From positions 1,961 to 65,960 of the forward strand of contig JALFOM010000084.1 in NCBI GenBank assembly GCA_022782265.1: a DNA stretch of 64,000 nt, in the 5' to 3' direction. The notes below the pieces were generated by a model. That model was not told the DNA's origin, ran no database searches, and worked only from the letters and a program-made list of their open reading frames with translations. This DNA is from Clostridiales bacterium. Its GTDB lineage: Bacteria; Bacillota; Clostridia; Oscillospirales; Oscillospiraceae. Shown here in pieces: positions 52,685 through 63,628 of this stretch (its first letter is position 1; every line of letters starts with the position of its first letter). A program made the translations under genes and the position numbers.

Positions 52685-55165
52685 ATGGCACATAAAAGAG
52701 ATTACAAACCTGAGGATATCGCATTTCCCAATCAGGTCATAACCGAATCGGAGCTGGTAAGCGAAATGCAGACCAGCTATATCGACTACGCCATGTCTGT
52801 CATCGTGGGCAGAGCCCTGCCCGACGTGCGGGACGGTCTGAAGCCCGTCCACCGGCGTATTCTTTACACCATGTATGAGGGCGGCCTTACCAGCGACAAG
52901 CCCTTCAAAAAGTCCGCCACCTGCGTGGGCGACGTGCTGGGCCACTACCACCCCCACGGAGACGCCTCTGTCTACGACGCCATGGTGCGTCTGGCCCAGG
53001 ACTTCTCCATGCGCTATATGCTGGTGGACGGCCACGGCAACTTCGGCTCCGTGGACGGAGACCCCCCTGCCGCCTACCGTTACACCGAGGCAAGGCTTTC
53101 CAAAATCTCCAACGAAATGCTGCGGGATATCGACAAGGAAACCGTGGACTGGGACCCCAACTTTGACGAGAGCCGCAAGGAACCCAGGGTACTTCCCTCC
53201 CGCTTCCCCAATCTTCTGGTCAACGGCTCCAGCGGTATCGCCGTGGGCATGGCCACCAATATCCCGCCCCATAACCTGAGAGAGGTCATCAACGCCTGTA
53301 TCTGCGTTCTGGAAAATCCGGACGCCACGCTGAACGACCTGATGCAGCATATCAGCGGGCCGGACTTTCCCACCCGGGGCATCATTATGGGCAGAAGCGG
53401 CATACGCCAGGCCTATGCCACCGGCCGGGGCAAGGTCATTGTCCGCGCCCGGGCGGAGTTTGAGGAGTTCGGCCAGAACCGCACCCGCATTATCGTCACC
53501 GAGCTTCCCTATCAGGTGAACAAGCGCCAGCTCATCAAGAATATTGCCGACCAGGTCCATGAAAAGCGGCTGGAGGGTATCTCCGACCTGCGGGACGAGA
53601 CCGACCGCAACGGTATGCGCATTGTGATTGAGCTGAAACGGGACGCCAATCCCCAGGTGGTGCTGAACCGGCTCTTCGCCCAGACGGCGCTGCAGTCCAG
53701 CTTTTCCATCAATATGCTGGCTCTGGTGAATAACCAGACCCAGCCCAAAATTCTCTCTCTGCGGCACATTCTGGACGAATATCTCAGCTTCCAGGAGGAG
53801 GTCATCGTCCGGCGCACAAAATACGACCTGCGCAAGGCGGAGGAGCGTGCCCATCTGTTGGAGGGCCTGCTCATCGCTCAGGACAACATTGACGAGGTCA
53901 TCCACATCATCCGCAGCAGCTATGACGACGCAAAACAGAACCTGATGAAGCGCTTCGGCCTGTCCGAGGTGCAGGCCCAGGCCATCTGCGATATGCGCCT
54001 GATCTCTCTCCAGGGGCTGAACCGGGAAAAGCTGGAGCAGGAGTATAAAGAACTGGAAGAGAAAATCAGCTACTATAAGAGCCTGCTTGCCGACCCGGAG
54101 CTCATTAAAGGCGTTTTGAAGGACGAGCTTACCGCCCTGAGAGACAAGTTCGGCGACGAGCGCCGGACCGAGATTCAGGACGTGGCCGATGAGATCGACG
54201 TGGAAGATCTGATCGAGGAAGAGCAGTGCGTCTTTACCCTGACCCACGGCGGATATATCAAGCGTCTGCCCGTCAGCGAATACCGGGCCCAGGGAAGAGG
54301 CGGCAAGGGCGTCCGCGCCATGGCCACCAAGGACGAGGACTATGTGGAGACAGTGTTCACCGCCTCCACCCACGACAATATTCTCTTCTTTACCGACACG
54401 GGCCGGGTCTATATCAAGAAGGGCTACAACATCCCCGAGGCCGGAAGAAACGCCAGAGGCAGCAACATCATCAACATTATCCAGATCGACAACGGCGAAA
54501 AGGTCAGCGCCATGATCCGTGGCCGCGCTCTGGATGAGGACAGCTATCTGATGTTTGTCACCAGAAACGGCACCGTCAAGCGCATGAGCCAGGCGGCATT
54601 GAAGAACATCCGGGCAAACGGCATCCGCGCCCTGACCCTGGACGAGGGGGATGAGCTGATCTCCGTCCTTCCCACCACGGGAGACGAAAATATTCTTATT
54701 GCCACCAACAAGGGCCTTGCGGTCTGCTTCAACGAAAACGACGTGCGCCCCATGGGCCGTACCGCCGTGGGCGTTCGGGGAATCCGGCTCCGGGAGGGCG
54801 ACTTTGTGGTAGGCGCCGGCAGCAGCGCTGAAGGCCGGCAGCTGCTCAGCATCACCGAAAAGGGCTACGGCAAGCGCACGGAGCTGGAGGAGTACAGCAT
54901 CCACGGCAGAGGCGGCATCGGCATAAAGAACTACAATGTCACCGAAAAAACCGGCAATGTGGCCGCGGTGAGAATGGTTGATCCGGAGGATGATATTCTT
55001 GTCATCTCCGACGACGGCACCATCATCCGCATGGCGGCGGACCATATCTCCGTTTTGGGCCGCGCCACTCAGGGCGTGCGCGTCATGCGCCTGATGGAGG
55101 GCAGCAAGGTCATCTCCATGGAAAAGACGGAAAAAGAGATGGATGAGGAAAGCGCCAAAGAGTAA
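52685..55165 (+). CDS. gyrA: DNA gyrase subunit A
   Basis: 826 aa. Contains the QRDR-like [17 protein letters not shown], the active-site [10 protein letters not shown] and the C-terminal beta-pinwheel. Confidence 0.97.
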   Translation: MAHKRDYKPEDIAFPNQVITESELVSEMQTSYIDYAMSVIVGRALPDVRDGLKPVHRRILYTMYEGGLTSDKPFKKSATCVGDVLGHYHPHGDASVYDAMVRLAQDFSMRYMLVDGHGNFGSVDGDPPAAYRYTEARLSKISNEMLRDIDKETVDWDPNFDESRKEPRVLPSRFPNLLVNGSSGIAVGMATNIPPHNLREVINACICVLENPDATLNDLMQHISGPDFPTRGIIMGRSGIRQAYATGRGKVIVRARAEFEEFGQNRTRIIVTELPYQVNKRQLIKNIADQVHEKRLEGISDLRDETDRNGMRIVIELKRDANPQVVLNRLFAQTALQSSFSINMLALVNNQTQPKILSLRHILDEYLSFQEEVIVRRTKYDLRKAEERAHLLEGLLIAQDNIDEVIHIIRSSYDDAKQNLMKRFGLSEVQAQAICDMRLISLQGLNREKLEQEYKELEEKISYYKSLLADPELIKGVLKDELTALRDKFGDERRTEIQDVADEIDVEDLIEEEQCVFTLTHGGYIKRLPVSEYRAQGRGGKGVRAMATKDEDYVETVFTASTHDNILFFTDTGRVYIKKGYNIPEAGRNARGSNIINIIQIDNGEKVSAMIRGRALDEDSYLMFVTRNGTVKRMSQAALKNIRANGIRALTLDEGDELISVLPTTGDENILIATNKGLAVCFNENDVRPMGRTAVGVRGIRLREGDFVVGAGSSAEGRQLLSITEKGYGKRTELEEYSIHGRGGIGIKNYNVTEKTGNVAAVRMVDPEDDILVISDDGTIIRMAADHISVLGRATQGVRVMRLMEGSKVISMEKTEKEMDEESAKE

Positions 55166-55177
55166 GGAGGCCATTCA

Positions 55178-55612
55178 ATGAACGACCGGGAAAGACAAAA
55201 CAGCAAAAAGAATCAGTCGGGCGGCGGAAAAGGCATACTTATCGCCCTGGGCTTTATCATTCTGATGAATGTCATCGGCGCAGGCGGAGGAAGTGTGATC
55301 CTGGTCATTCTCGCCATTGTCCTGATTGTCGCCGTAGCGGTCATTGGGCTAAAGGCGGGGAAAAAGGCAATAAAGCAAAAAACGGAGGATCAGGCGCCTG
55401 TCCAGTGGAAAAGACCGGGCAATGACCTTCCTCAGAACGCGCCACGACCGGTTTCTTCCACCCAGATCGTCTATAATGAAAATGCCTCAGCGGAGAATTT
55501 TCAGCGTGACCGGCAGCGGCGCATCGCCCAGCTGGACGACTTTCTGAAAAACGGAATCATCGACAAAGAGGAATACAAGGTCCTTTTGTCCCGATATGAA
55601 AGAAATATCTGA
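55178..55612 (+). CDS. membrane protein with C-terminal SHOCT-like domain
   Basis: 144 aa. Two TM helices, then LDDFLKNGIIDKEEYKVLLSRY. Confidence 0.55.
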   Translation: MNDRERQNSKKNQSGGGKGILIALGFIILMNVIGAGGGSVILVILAIVLIVAVAVIGLKAGKKAIKQKTEDQAPVQWKRPGNDLPQNAPRPVSSTQIVYNENASAENFQRDRQRRIAQLDDFLKNGIIDKEEYKVLLSRYERNI

Positions 55613-55618
55613 GCTTTG

Positions 55619-56086
55619 ATGAAAACAGTCACCATCTATACAGACGGCGCATGCAGCGGAAACCCCGGCCCCGGCGGCTGGGGGGCGCTGCTGTGCTATA
55701 ACGGCGTGGAGAAAGAACTGTCCGGCGGCGCAGCCCAGACCACCAACACCCGCATGGAGCTGACTGGCGTGATCTCCGCACTACGGGCCCTGAAGGAGCC
55801 CTGCATCGTGGAGCTCTATTCCGATTCCAAGTATGTGATTGACGCGCTGGAAAAGGGCTGGGCGGTCTCCTGGCGGAAAAGGGGCTGGATCAAGTCCGAC
55901 AAAAAGCCTGCGCTGAACAGCGACCTGTGGGAAATTCTGCTGAAACTGACGGAAAAGCACCAGCTGCATTACCACTGGGTCAAGGGACACGCCGACAATG
56001 AATACAATAACCGCTGCGACGCGCTGGCCGTGGCCCAGCGGGACAGATATGCAGGCGGAGAGGCAGAGAATGAAGAAAAACTATAA
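55619..56086 (+). CDS. rnhA: ribonuclease HI
   Basis: The sequence [25 protein letters not shown]...TNTRMEL...DSKYV...[16 protein letters not shown] carries the RNase H DEDD residues. Confidence 0.9.
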   Translation: MKTVTIYTDGACSGNPGPGGWGALLCYNGVEKELSGGAAQTTNTRMELTGVISALRALKEPCIVELYSDSKYVIDALEKGWAVSWRKRGWIKSDKKPALNSDLWEILLKLTEKHQLHYHWVKGHADNEYNNRCDALAVAQRDRYAGGEAENEEKL

Positions 56087-57827
56087 CGACAATCCGTTCA
56101 AAATTTTCATCTCCTATATCACAGGGCATAAAGACCTTTTTGCCATAGACATGGCCTGCGCCATCATCGTTTCGGTGATCGACATGGTCTTTCCCTATAT
56201 CTCCAGAATGTCCATGAACCGGCTTTTGCCGCAAGGCCTGTTCACCACCTTCTTTGCGGTGATGGGCATTATGATCCTGGCCTTTATTTTCCGGGCGGTA
56301 CTCTATTATGTGATCACCGTTGTGGGACACAGAATGGGCGTGCTGGTGGAATCCGATATGCGGCGGGATATCTTCACCCATATGCAGGACCTGTCATGCA
56401 GCTTTTACGATAAAAACCGCACCGGTGTGCTGATGAGCCGCATCACCAGCGACCTGTTTGAGATCACCGAGCTTGCCCACCACGGGCCGGAAAATGTGGT
56501 AATCTGTATGCTGACCATCGTCGGCTCCATTGTGATGATGTTCACCATTGAGTGGCGGCTGGCCCTGGTGATCGCGGTGACCCTTCCCCTCTGCCTCTGG
56601 TTTACTCTGTCTCAGCGGAAGAGAATGAAGGAAGCCAATGTGGAGGTAAAGAGGAAGACCGCGGAGATCTCTGCCGCCATAGAGAGCAGCATCTCCGGCA
56701 TTCGCACCGCAAAAGCCTTTGCCAACGAGCAGCAGGAGAGCGATAAGTTCGACAAAGCAAACGAGCTGTTTCGCGGCTCCAAGGTGGAGTATTACAAAAC
56801 CATGGGCCTGTACATGAGCGGGATGGAGTTTACCACCAGCATCATTCAGGTGATCGTCATCGCCGTGGGCGGACTTTTAATCATGGGCGGAAAGATGGAC
56901 TATGTGGATCTGGTCACCTTTACCCTCTATGTGTCCGCCTTCATCTCCCCGGTGAAGCGACTGGCCCAGTTTTCTGAGATGTACATGCAGGGCTCTGCGG
57001 GCTTCAGCCGTTTTCTTGAGATCATGCGCACGGAGCCGGGCATAAAGGATAAGCCTGACGCCAAAGAGATGGGGCCGGTCCGGGGCGAGATCGACTATAA
57101 AGACGTGTCCTTTGACTACGGCAACGGTATCCCCGTTCTCAGTCATATTAATCTGCATGTTCAGCCGGGAGAGTGTCTGGCCGTTGTAGGGCCCTCCGGC
57201 GGCGGAAAGACCACCCTCTGCCAACTCCTGCCCCGCTTTTATGACGTCTGCGGCGGCAGCGTCACGGTGGACGGCATGGATGTGCGGGACGTGAAGCAGA
57301 GCAGTCTGCGCCGGAATATCGGCATTATTCAGCAGGACGTGTTCATGTTTGCCGGGACCATAAGGGAGAATATCCGCTACGGCCGCCCTGACGCCACCGA
57401 CGAGGAGATCATCCAGGCGGCAGTCAGAGCCCAGATCCATAACGAGATCATGGAAATGCCCGACGGCTACGACAGTTATATCGGCGAGCGGGGCGTGATG
57501 CTCTCCGGCGGACAGAAGCAGAGATTGTCCATTGCCAGGGTGTTTTTGAAAAATCCCAAGATCCTGATCCTGGACGAGGCCACCTCCGCCCTGGATACGG
57601 TCACGGAGCAGCGGATCCAGGCCGCTCTTGACCAGCTGAGCCAGGGCCGCACCACCATTATCATCGCCCACCGCCTTTCAACCATCAAAAACGCCGATGT
57701 CATCGCCGTGGTAGAGGGTGAGCATATTGTGGAAATGGGCTCCCATAAGGGGCTTATGGATAAAGACGGAATATACGCTGCGCTTTGCCGTGCGCAGAGC
57801 ATGGAAAAGGAGGAAACATCATGCTGA
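56070..57827 (+). CDS. ABC transporter, fused permease/ATP-binding (exporter type)
   Basis: Start at [10 protein letters not shown] (56070). Six TM helices, then Walker [10 protein letters not shown], signature LSGGQKQR and Walker [10 protein letters not shown]. Confidence 0.85.
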   Translation: MKKNYNDNPFKIFISYITGHKDLFAIDMACAIIVSVIDMVFPYISRMSMNRLLPQGLFTTFFAVMGIMILAFIFRAVLYYVITVVGHRMGVLVESDMRRDIFTHMQDLSCSFYDKNRTGVLMSRITSDLFEITELAHHGPENVVICMLTIVGSIVMMFTIEWRLALVIAVTLPLCLWFTLSQRKRMKEANVEVKRKTAEISAAIESSISGIRTAKAFANEQQESDKFDKANELFRGSKVEYYKTMGLYMSGMEFTTSIIQVIVIAVGGLLIMGGKMDYVDLVTFTLYVSAFISPVKRLAQFSEMYMQGSAGFSRFLEIMRTEPGIKDKPDAKEMGPVRGEIDYKDVSFDYGNGIPVLSHINLHVQPGECLAVVGPSGGGKTTLCQLLPRFYDVCGGSVTVDGMDVRDVKQSSLRRNIGIIQQDVFMFAGTIRENIRYGRPDATDEEIIQAAVRAQIHNEIMEMPDGYDSYIGERGVMLSGGQKQRLSIARVFLKNPKILILDEATSALDTVTEQRIQAALDQLSQGRTTIIIAHRLSTIKNADVIAVVEGEHIVEMGSHKGLMDKDGIYAALCRAQSMEKEETSC

Positions 57828-58405
57828 GCATCCGAAAATGCGGGCATAAAGAGTTGGAGAGATATTATCAGCTCTTTGAGATGGACTTTGACAGCCGGGA
57901 AATGCTGCCAAAGCTTTCCGTACATAAGGCGCTGACCAACGGCTCCGTGGAGCTGCTGGCCGTGGTTGATGAGGAGACCAAAATGGACCTGGCCTTTGCG
58001 CTGGTGGCCACCAAAAGTCTTTACGGCTATGTGCTGCTGAAGTATCTGTCCGTCATGCCCTGGTGCCGTGAGCAGGGCATAGGCATCGAGTCCATGCGCC
58101 TGGTCAACAAGCGCTATGCCGGCCGGCAGGGCATCATTGCCGAGCTTACCGAGTACCCCGAGGATGAGCCCCAGCGCCGCAGAAAGCTCCAGCGCTTTCT
58201 GGCCCGCTTCGGCTATGTGGAGGCGGAGAGCGATTACCGCATTGGCGGCGGAGACGCCCTGGTGATGATCAAGCCCATCCGTGGAAGCGCGGAGCTTGAG
58301 CCTGTGCTGCACCGGGTGATTGCGGATTTCTATTCCCGCTTCCTCTCACCCTTTGCCATGAACCGGCTGGTGGATATCCGACCGGTGAAAAAGACCGCAG
58401 AATAA
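57821..58405 (+). CDS. GNAT-family N-acetyltransferase (weak call)
   Basis: ATG at 57821 after AAGGAGG, overlapping the ABC gene stop. REQGIGIESM resembles acetyl-CoA-binding motif A. Confidence 0.5.
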   Translation: MLSIRKCGHKELERYYQLFEMDFDSREMLPKLSVHKALTNGSVELLAVVDEETKMDLAFALVATKSLYGYVLLKYLSVMPWCREQGIGIESMRLVNKRYAGRQGIIAELTEYPEDEPQRRRKLQRFLARFGYVEAESDYRIGGGDALVMIKPIRGSAELEPVLHRVIADFYSRFLSPFAMNRLVDIRPVKKTAE

Positions 58406-58412
58406 ACAAAAA

Positions 58413-58451
58413 AGAAGGCATAACAGTTTAAAATTGGCTGTTATGCCTTCT
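58413..58451. terminator. bidirectional terminator between convergent genes
   Basis: agaaggcataacag ... ctgttatgccttct (14-bp arms). Confidence 0.65.
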
Positions 58452-58455
58452 TTAA

Positions 58456-59889
58456 TTATTCTATATTGTCTCCGTTAAGACCATAGTATTTAATCATTCT
58501 CCCGGCGGCGTCGGTTGCGTCGCTTGAGGGGACCCAGATATCCGGCAGTAAGCCTTGCCCATCAATATTCTCTCCTGTGTCGCGCAGAATCAAACCCGTG
58601 CCGAAACGAACGTCCAGATGGGAATTTGGCAGGTAAAAATGAAAATTGTTATAAACCAGACTACAGCCTGAAGTGTTGCTGCCTAAAAACAAGGTATTTT
58701 CCAAGGTGCGAAGATTACCGACAGCCGTCTCGCCCGAGGAAGCTGTACCCTTGTCCTGAAGCACCAGGGTGACGCCCTCATGCTCCACCCATGTGCCAAT
58801 ATTTGTGCCGCTGTCCCAGCAGGGATCAATATCCACTTCATCATTCAACTGAGACGGATAGACCAACAGGTTAGCCGCGCTGAGCTTCTGCGCAAAGGCG
58901 AGCCGCTGGTCAGGATATTGTCCGGCGTAGCCATTGAACCATTCATTGATATACAGGTCGCTTCCACCGCCGTTACCGCGCACATCCAGCACCAGAACAG
59001 GACTGTCCGCATAATCCGATCCGCACTCTGCCAGACGGTCTAACTGACTTTGCTTTCCCCACATGGCATGGGAAATGAGCATGGGTGTGCCGTCATCCAG
59101 CGCAGTCTCAATAAAAGAATCCTTGCGGTCCCAAAATGCAGCCGTATCTCTTTCCCACTGAAGGGAAAGGGGCTGGCCTTCAATTTCAAGACTCGCGGGG
59201 AGAAATACCGCTTCCGTCGGTGTAGCCAGAGTGGCCAGACCCAGACACAGACGTCCCTCCCCGTCAATGGTGGGCTTTACCAGCGCCGGGTCAATGTCAC
59301 CGGGATCATCAAAATATACGCCGTCTACATAGTACATGGTTTTGTCATGGGCGGTACCGAGCCGGGAATCCCCGATAGTGAAATGCCCATCAATCAGTAT
59401 AGGGGAAAGCTGTCTTATCAGTAAGCGCTCCAGATCAGAAGGGCTTACTTCCCCTTCTTCCGGAAGCCTTGACAGCACCTCATCCAGAATGGGGAGAAAG
59501 ACTTCGTCACTGCCGAAATAATCATAGGCCCCATAGCAGTTTTTCAGCAGCAGAAAAAAGGTATTTACATCGTCTGCCGCCTCCTCTGGGGAGACTGAAC
59601 AGGATGTCTTTTCCGTAAGGAGATTTTTTATCTCATCCTCACTGAAATCATCGGCAAGCTCCTGTGTCCAGCTTTCGTCCAGAACAGGGGCTTTCCCATC
59701 ACAATATATGGCCCGGCGGCTCTCGTTTACTTCGTTCAAAAAGGCGTAAAACTCCTCCTGACGGGAGGAAAGATCGGTCTCTTCCTCTTGAATCCTTTCT
59801 TCCGCTTCCTGTAGTTCCGTCTGGCCGCAGCCGGTGAACAGCAGACAGAGCGAGAGAAACAGAGTAAACAAGGATATCTTTTTTCTCAT
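58456..59889 (-). CDS. S41-family peptidase lipoprotein
   Basis: Start at MRKKISLFTLFLSLCLLFTGC (lipobox). VLDVRGNGGGS and KGTASSGE fit the S41 core. Confidence 0.7.
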   Translation of the reverse strand: MRKKISLFTLFLSLCLLFTGCGQTELQEAEERIQEEETDLSSRQEEFYAFLNEVNESRRAIYCDGKAPVLDESWTQELADDFSEDEIKNLLTEKTSCSVSPEEAADDVNTFFLLLKNCYGAYDYFGSDEVFLPILDEVLSRLPEEGEVSPSDLERLLIRQLSPILIDGHFTIGDSRLGTAHDKTMYYVDGVYFDDPGDIDPALVKPTIDGEGRLCLGLATLATPTEAVFLPASLEIEGQPLSLQWERDTAAFWDRKDSFIETALDDGTPMLISHAMWGKQSQLDRLAECGSDYADSPVLVLDVRGNGGGSDLYINEWFNGYAGQYPDQRLAFAQKLSAANLLVYPSQLNDEVDIDPCWDSGTNIGTWVEHEGVTLVLQDKGTASSGETAVGNLRTLENTLFLGSNTSGCSLVYNNFHFYLPNSHLDVRFGTGLILRDTGENIDGQGLLPDIWVPSSDATDAAGRMIKYYGLNGDNIE

Positions 59890-59999
59890 TTTTCTTCTCC
59901 TCAAAATGAATTGAATAATTTTATTATAATCTGCTTATTCTTCGTATGGGTTAATGAGATGTTAACGATGCAGATATCTGGCTACAGGTAGAAAAGCGA

Positions 60000-60028
60000 T
60001 TGAATATGCGCTTTTTTTGTGGTATAAT
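60000..60028 (+). promoter_or_regulatory. extended -10 promoter directly abutting the mfd start codon
   Basis: TTGAAT (60000-60005), 17-nt spacer, TGgTATAAT ending at 60028. The ATG at 60038 has no Shine-Dalgarno (ccctcccat). Confidence 0.45.
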
Positions 60029-60037
60029 CCCTCCCAT

Positions 60038-63000
60038 ATGAACATTCTGATTGACCAGATTTTTGAAAATAAGGAAGCCGCCGCCCTCCCCGGTCTGCTG
60101 GAGAGCGGAGGACTTCCTGCGCTCGTTTCCGGCCTTTCCGCCGTACACCGGGCAAATCTTGCCGCCGCTCTGCGGCAGAGGACCGGCGCGCCCATTTTTG
60201 TGATCTGCCCGGACGACACTACGGCAGAGAACTTTGCCAACGACCTGCGCGCCATGCTCAGCTGTGACGCAGCGGTGCTGGGAATGCGGGACTTCACCTT
60301 CTATGCCACGGAAGCCGCTTCCCGGCAGGGGGAGCAAAAGCGCATTGCTGCCCTGTATGCGCTGGCAAATGGCAGTGCGCCGGTGGCCGTGGCCTCCGTC
60401 TCCGGCCTGCTCCAGCGCACCATGCCCGCCCAGACGCTGATGAAGGCCGCCTTTACCATCACGGACGGGGAAAGCTGCCCGCCCGAGGACGTGGAGGACG
60501 CCCTGCTCCGCTGCGGTTACTCCCGCACAGAGCAGGTGGAAGGCCCCGGTCAGTTTGCCCGCCGGGGCGGAATATTGGACTTTTTCTCTCCCTTTGACCA
60601 CGAGCCGGTGAGAATCGAGTTCTGGGGCGACGAGATCGACTCCATGGGCCGTTTCGATGTGGAGAGCCAGCGGCGTACCGATCAGGTAAAAAGCTGCGTC
60701 ATTCTCCCGGCGGCGGAGACCCTGCCCACCATGACCACGGGCGGCGTGGAGGCTCTTGCCCGGGAGATCGGGGCTTTTGCCGATAAATATGCAAAGCGCC
60801 GGAGCAGCGAAAACGCGGCAAAGCTTGCGGAGACCCTGCGCGCTGACGCTGAGCGGCTGAAAAACCGGCTTACCATGTCCGATGCGGACCGCTATCTGCC
60901 CATCATTTACCCCATGGCCTCCGGCGCGGATTACATCCCGGCGGACGCCATTGTGATCCTGGACCAGCCCAACCGCTGCGCGGAGCGGGCCAGGGATTAC
61001 GCAAAGCAGCTGGGCGAGGATATCAAGGAGCTGAACCGCCGGGGCCTTCTGGCCATGAGCCCGGACAGCTTTTATCTGAGCTTTGAGGCGCTGGCCAAGC
61101 GTCTGGAGGACTACCCGGTGTATATGGCGGACGCCTTCACCGTGGGCAGAAATCCCCTCACGCCCAAAACCCTCACCAGCATCTCCGCAAAGCAGCTCCC
61201 CTCCTACGCCGGCAGCGCTCAGGCCGCTGCGGAGGATGTGAAGCTCTATCTGAAGCAGGACTACCGGGTGGCGGTCCTGGCGGGGGATGAGCGCCGGGCC
61301 AAGGTGCTTCAGGACTTTTTCCGTGAGCACGATATTCCGGCTTTGATTTACGAAAAGCCGGAAAAGCTGCCGGATTTCGGAAAGTGCTGCATCACCATCG
61401 GCTCTGTTTCCGCCGGTATGGAATATCCGGGGATCAAGCTGGCCGTACTCACCGACGCTCAGCTGATCCGCGCAAAGAACAAAAAAGCCCGGAACAGAAA
61501 GCTGGGCCCCGGCCGGCAGCGGATCGAATCCTGCGCCGACCTGTCCGTGGGCGACTATGTGGTGCACGAAAACCACGGCATAGGCCGCTTCGCCGGCATC
61601 GTGAAGATGCAGGTGGACGGGCTGGAAAAGGACTATATCAAAATCTGCTACGCCGGAACGGACAGCCTCTATGTTCCGGCCACCCAGCTGGACCTGGTGT
61701 CCAAATACACCGGCGGCGGGGAGGAAAAGCCGGTAAAGCTGTCGAAAATGGGCGGAACAGAGTGGGCAAAGACCCGCTCCCGGGCCAAGAGCGCCGCCAA
61801 GGACATGGCAAAAAAGCTGATCGCTCTCTACGCCGAGCGGCAGCGCATCCCCGGCTATGCCTTTTCCCCGGACAGCGAGTGGCAGACCGAGTTTGAGGAT
61901 AACTTCGGCTATACCGAGACAGACGACCAGCTCCGCTGCGTGGCGGAGATCAAAAAGGATATGGAGTCCTCCGTCCCCATGGACCGGCTCCTCTGCGGCG
62001 ACGTGGGCTTCGGAAAAACGGAGGTAGCCCTTCGGGCGGTGATGAAGTGCGTACTGGACGGAAAGCAGGCCGCCATACTGGTGCCCACCACTGTCCTTGC
62101 CCAGCAGCACTATCAGACCGCGCTGCAGCGCTTCTTCGGCTTCCCGGTGAATATTGCGGTGCTCAGCCGCTTCAAAACCGGCGGACAGACTTCGAAAACC
62201 CTCTCCGACCTGGCCACCGGCAAGTGCGATCTGGTCATCGGCACCCACAGACTGCTCTCCAAGGACGTAAAGTTCAAGGATTTGGGCCTGCTGGTGGTGG
62301 ACGAGGAGCAGCGCTTCGGCGTCAGCCATAAGGAGCATATCAAGGAGCTGTCCAAGGGCGTTGATGTGCTGACCCTCTCCGCGACCCCCATCCCTAGAAC
62401 CTTGAACATGGCCATGTCCGGCATCCGGGACATGTCCACCATCGAGGAGCCGCCGGAGGACCGTCTTCCCGTACAGACCTTTGTGATGGAGCACGACTGG
62501 GGCGTCATCGCCGATGCCATCCGCCGGGAGATCCAGCGGGGCGGGCAGGTGTACTACCTGCATAACCGTATCGACGATATCGAGCGCACCGCCCGGAAGC
62601 TGATGGACCTGCTGGAGGACGTGACCGTGTCCGTGGCCCACGGGAAGATGGACAAAAACATGCTCTCCTCCGTGATGGAGAGCGTCTCCAACGGAGAGAC
62701 CCAGGTGCTGGTGTGTACCACCATCATTGAAACAGGTATAGACATTCCCAATGTGAACACCCTGATTATCGAAGACGCGGACCATCTGGGCCTGGCCCAG
62801 CTCCACCAGATCCGGGGCCGTGTGGGCCGCTCCACCCGCCGGGCCTCCGCCTATCTCACCTTCCGCCGGGACAAGGTGCTGACGGAAGTGGCGGAAAAGC
62901 GCCTGAATGCGATCCGGGATTTTGCCCAGTTCGGCTCCGGCTTCAAGATCGCCATGCGGGACCTGGAGATCCGGGGCGCAGGCAATCTTCTGGGCGCGGA

Positions 63001-63550
63001 GCAGTCCGGGCACATGATCGACGTGGGCTATGATATGTACATGAAGCTTCTCAGCGAAGCGGTGCTGGAGGCCCGGGGCGTCGAGGTGCCTGCCCGGGCG
63101 GAGTGCTCGGCAGACCTGGCTGTGGCCGCCAATATCCCGGACAGGTATATCCCCTCCGCCGAGCAGCGCATGGATATCTACCGGCGCATCGCTCTGATCC
63201 GCACGGAGGAGGAAGCGGACGACCTGACCGACGAGCTGATCGACCGTTTCGGCGATCCGCCGCCGGGGGTGAACGCCCTGATCCATGTGGCGCTGCTCCG
63301 GGGCGAGGCCGGCCGGGCCGGTATAACGGATATCTCCCAGAAACAGGGCTATCTGCGCTTTACGGTGAAGGATTTCAACATGGAGAAGGTCTCCGCTCTC
63401 TACGCCACGCCCGAATATAAAGGGCGTCTCCGTGTGGAGGCCGGTTCCAAGCCCTGTCTGAGCCTGAAAATCAAATCCAAGGGCCGTGTAATTGATGAGG
63501 CCCGGCGCTTTGCGGCTGCCTGGGCGGAAAAAAGTATTAATAAAGCTTAA
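60038..63550 (+). CDS. mfd: transcription-repair coupling factor
   Basis: About 1170 aa. UvrB-homology N-terminus, CarD-like RID (VGDYVVHENHGIGRF), SF2 helicase motifs GDVGFGKTEV and VVDEEQRFG, and a TRG motif. Confidence 0.95.
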   Translation: MNILIDQIFENKEAAALPGLLESGGLPALVSGLSAVHRANLAAALRQRTGAPIFVICPDDTTAENFANDLRAMLSCDAAVLGMRDFTFYATEAASRQGEQKRIAALYALANGSAPVAVASVSGLLQRTMPAQTLMKAAFTITDGESCPPEDVEDALLRCGYSRTEQVEGPGQFARRGGILDFFSPFDHEPVRIEFWGDEIDSMGRFDVESQRRTDQVKSCVILPAAETLPTMTTGGVEALAREIGAFADKYAKRRSSENAAKLAETLRADAERLKNRLTMSDADRYLPIIYPMASGADYIPADAIVILDQPNRCAERARDYAKQLGEDIKELNRRGLLAMSPDSFYLSFEALAKRLEDYPVYMADAFTVGRNPLTPKTLTSISAKQLPSYAGSAQAAAEDVKLYLKQDYRVAVLAGDERRAKVLQDFFREHDIPALIYEKPEKLPDFGKCCITIGSVSAGMEYPGIKLAVLTDAQLIRAKNKKARNRKLGPGRQRIESCADLSVGDYVVHENHGIGRFAGIVKMQVDGLEKDYIKICYAGTDSLYVPATQLDLVSKYTGGGEEKPVKLSKMGGTEWAKTRSRAKSAAKDMAKKLIALYAERQRIPGYAFSPDSEWQTEFEDNFGYTETDDQLRCVAEIKKDMESSVPMDRLLCGDVGFGKTEVALRAVMKCVLDGKQAAILVPTTVLAQQHYQTALQRFFGFPVNIAVLSRFKTGGQTSKTLSDLATGKCDLVIGTHRLLSKDVKFKDLGLLVVDEEQRFGVSHKEHIKELSKGVDVLTLSATPIPRTLNMAMSGIRDMSTIEEPPEDRLPVQTFVMEHDWGVIADAIRREIQRGGQVYYLHNRIDDIERTARKLMDLLEDVTVSVAHGKMDKNMLSSVMESVSNGETQVLVCTTIIETGIDIPNVNTLIIEDADHLGLAQLHQIRGRVGRSTRRASAYLTFRRDKVLTEVAEKRLNAIRDFAQFGSGFKIAMRDLEIRGAGNLLGAEQSGHMIDVGYDMYMKLLSEAVLEARGVEVPARAECSADLAVAANIPDRYIPSAEQRMDIYRRIALIRTEEEADDLTDELIDRFGDPPPGVNALIHVALLRGEAGRAGITDISQKQGYLRFTVKDFNMEKVSALYATPEYKGRLRVEAGSKPCLSLKIKSKGRVIDEARRFAAAWAEKSINKA

Positions 63551-63628
63551 ATTATCGGTTTAAGCCTTGTGAAAAGGCGGCTCCGGTGTTATATTGCAAA
63601 AGTACCGTCAAAGGAAAGGAAAGAGGAA

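Noticed and set aside
52391-55174. 927-aa ORF on the minus strand
   Set aside because: It is exactly antisense to gyrA. The translation is Ala/Gly/Val/His-rich and low-complexity with no motifs. This is a typical shadow ORF of GC-rich coding DNA.
59951-63286. 1111-aa ORF on the minus strand
   Set aside because: It is antisense to mfd, whose identity is unambiguous. It has the same shadow-ORF composition.
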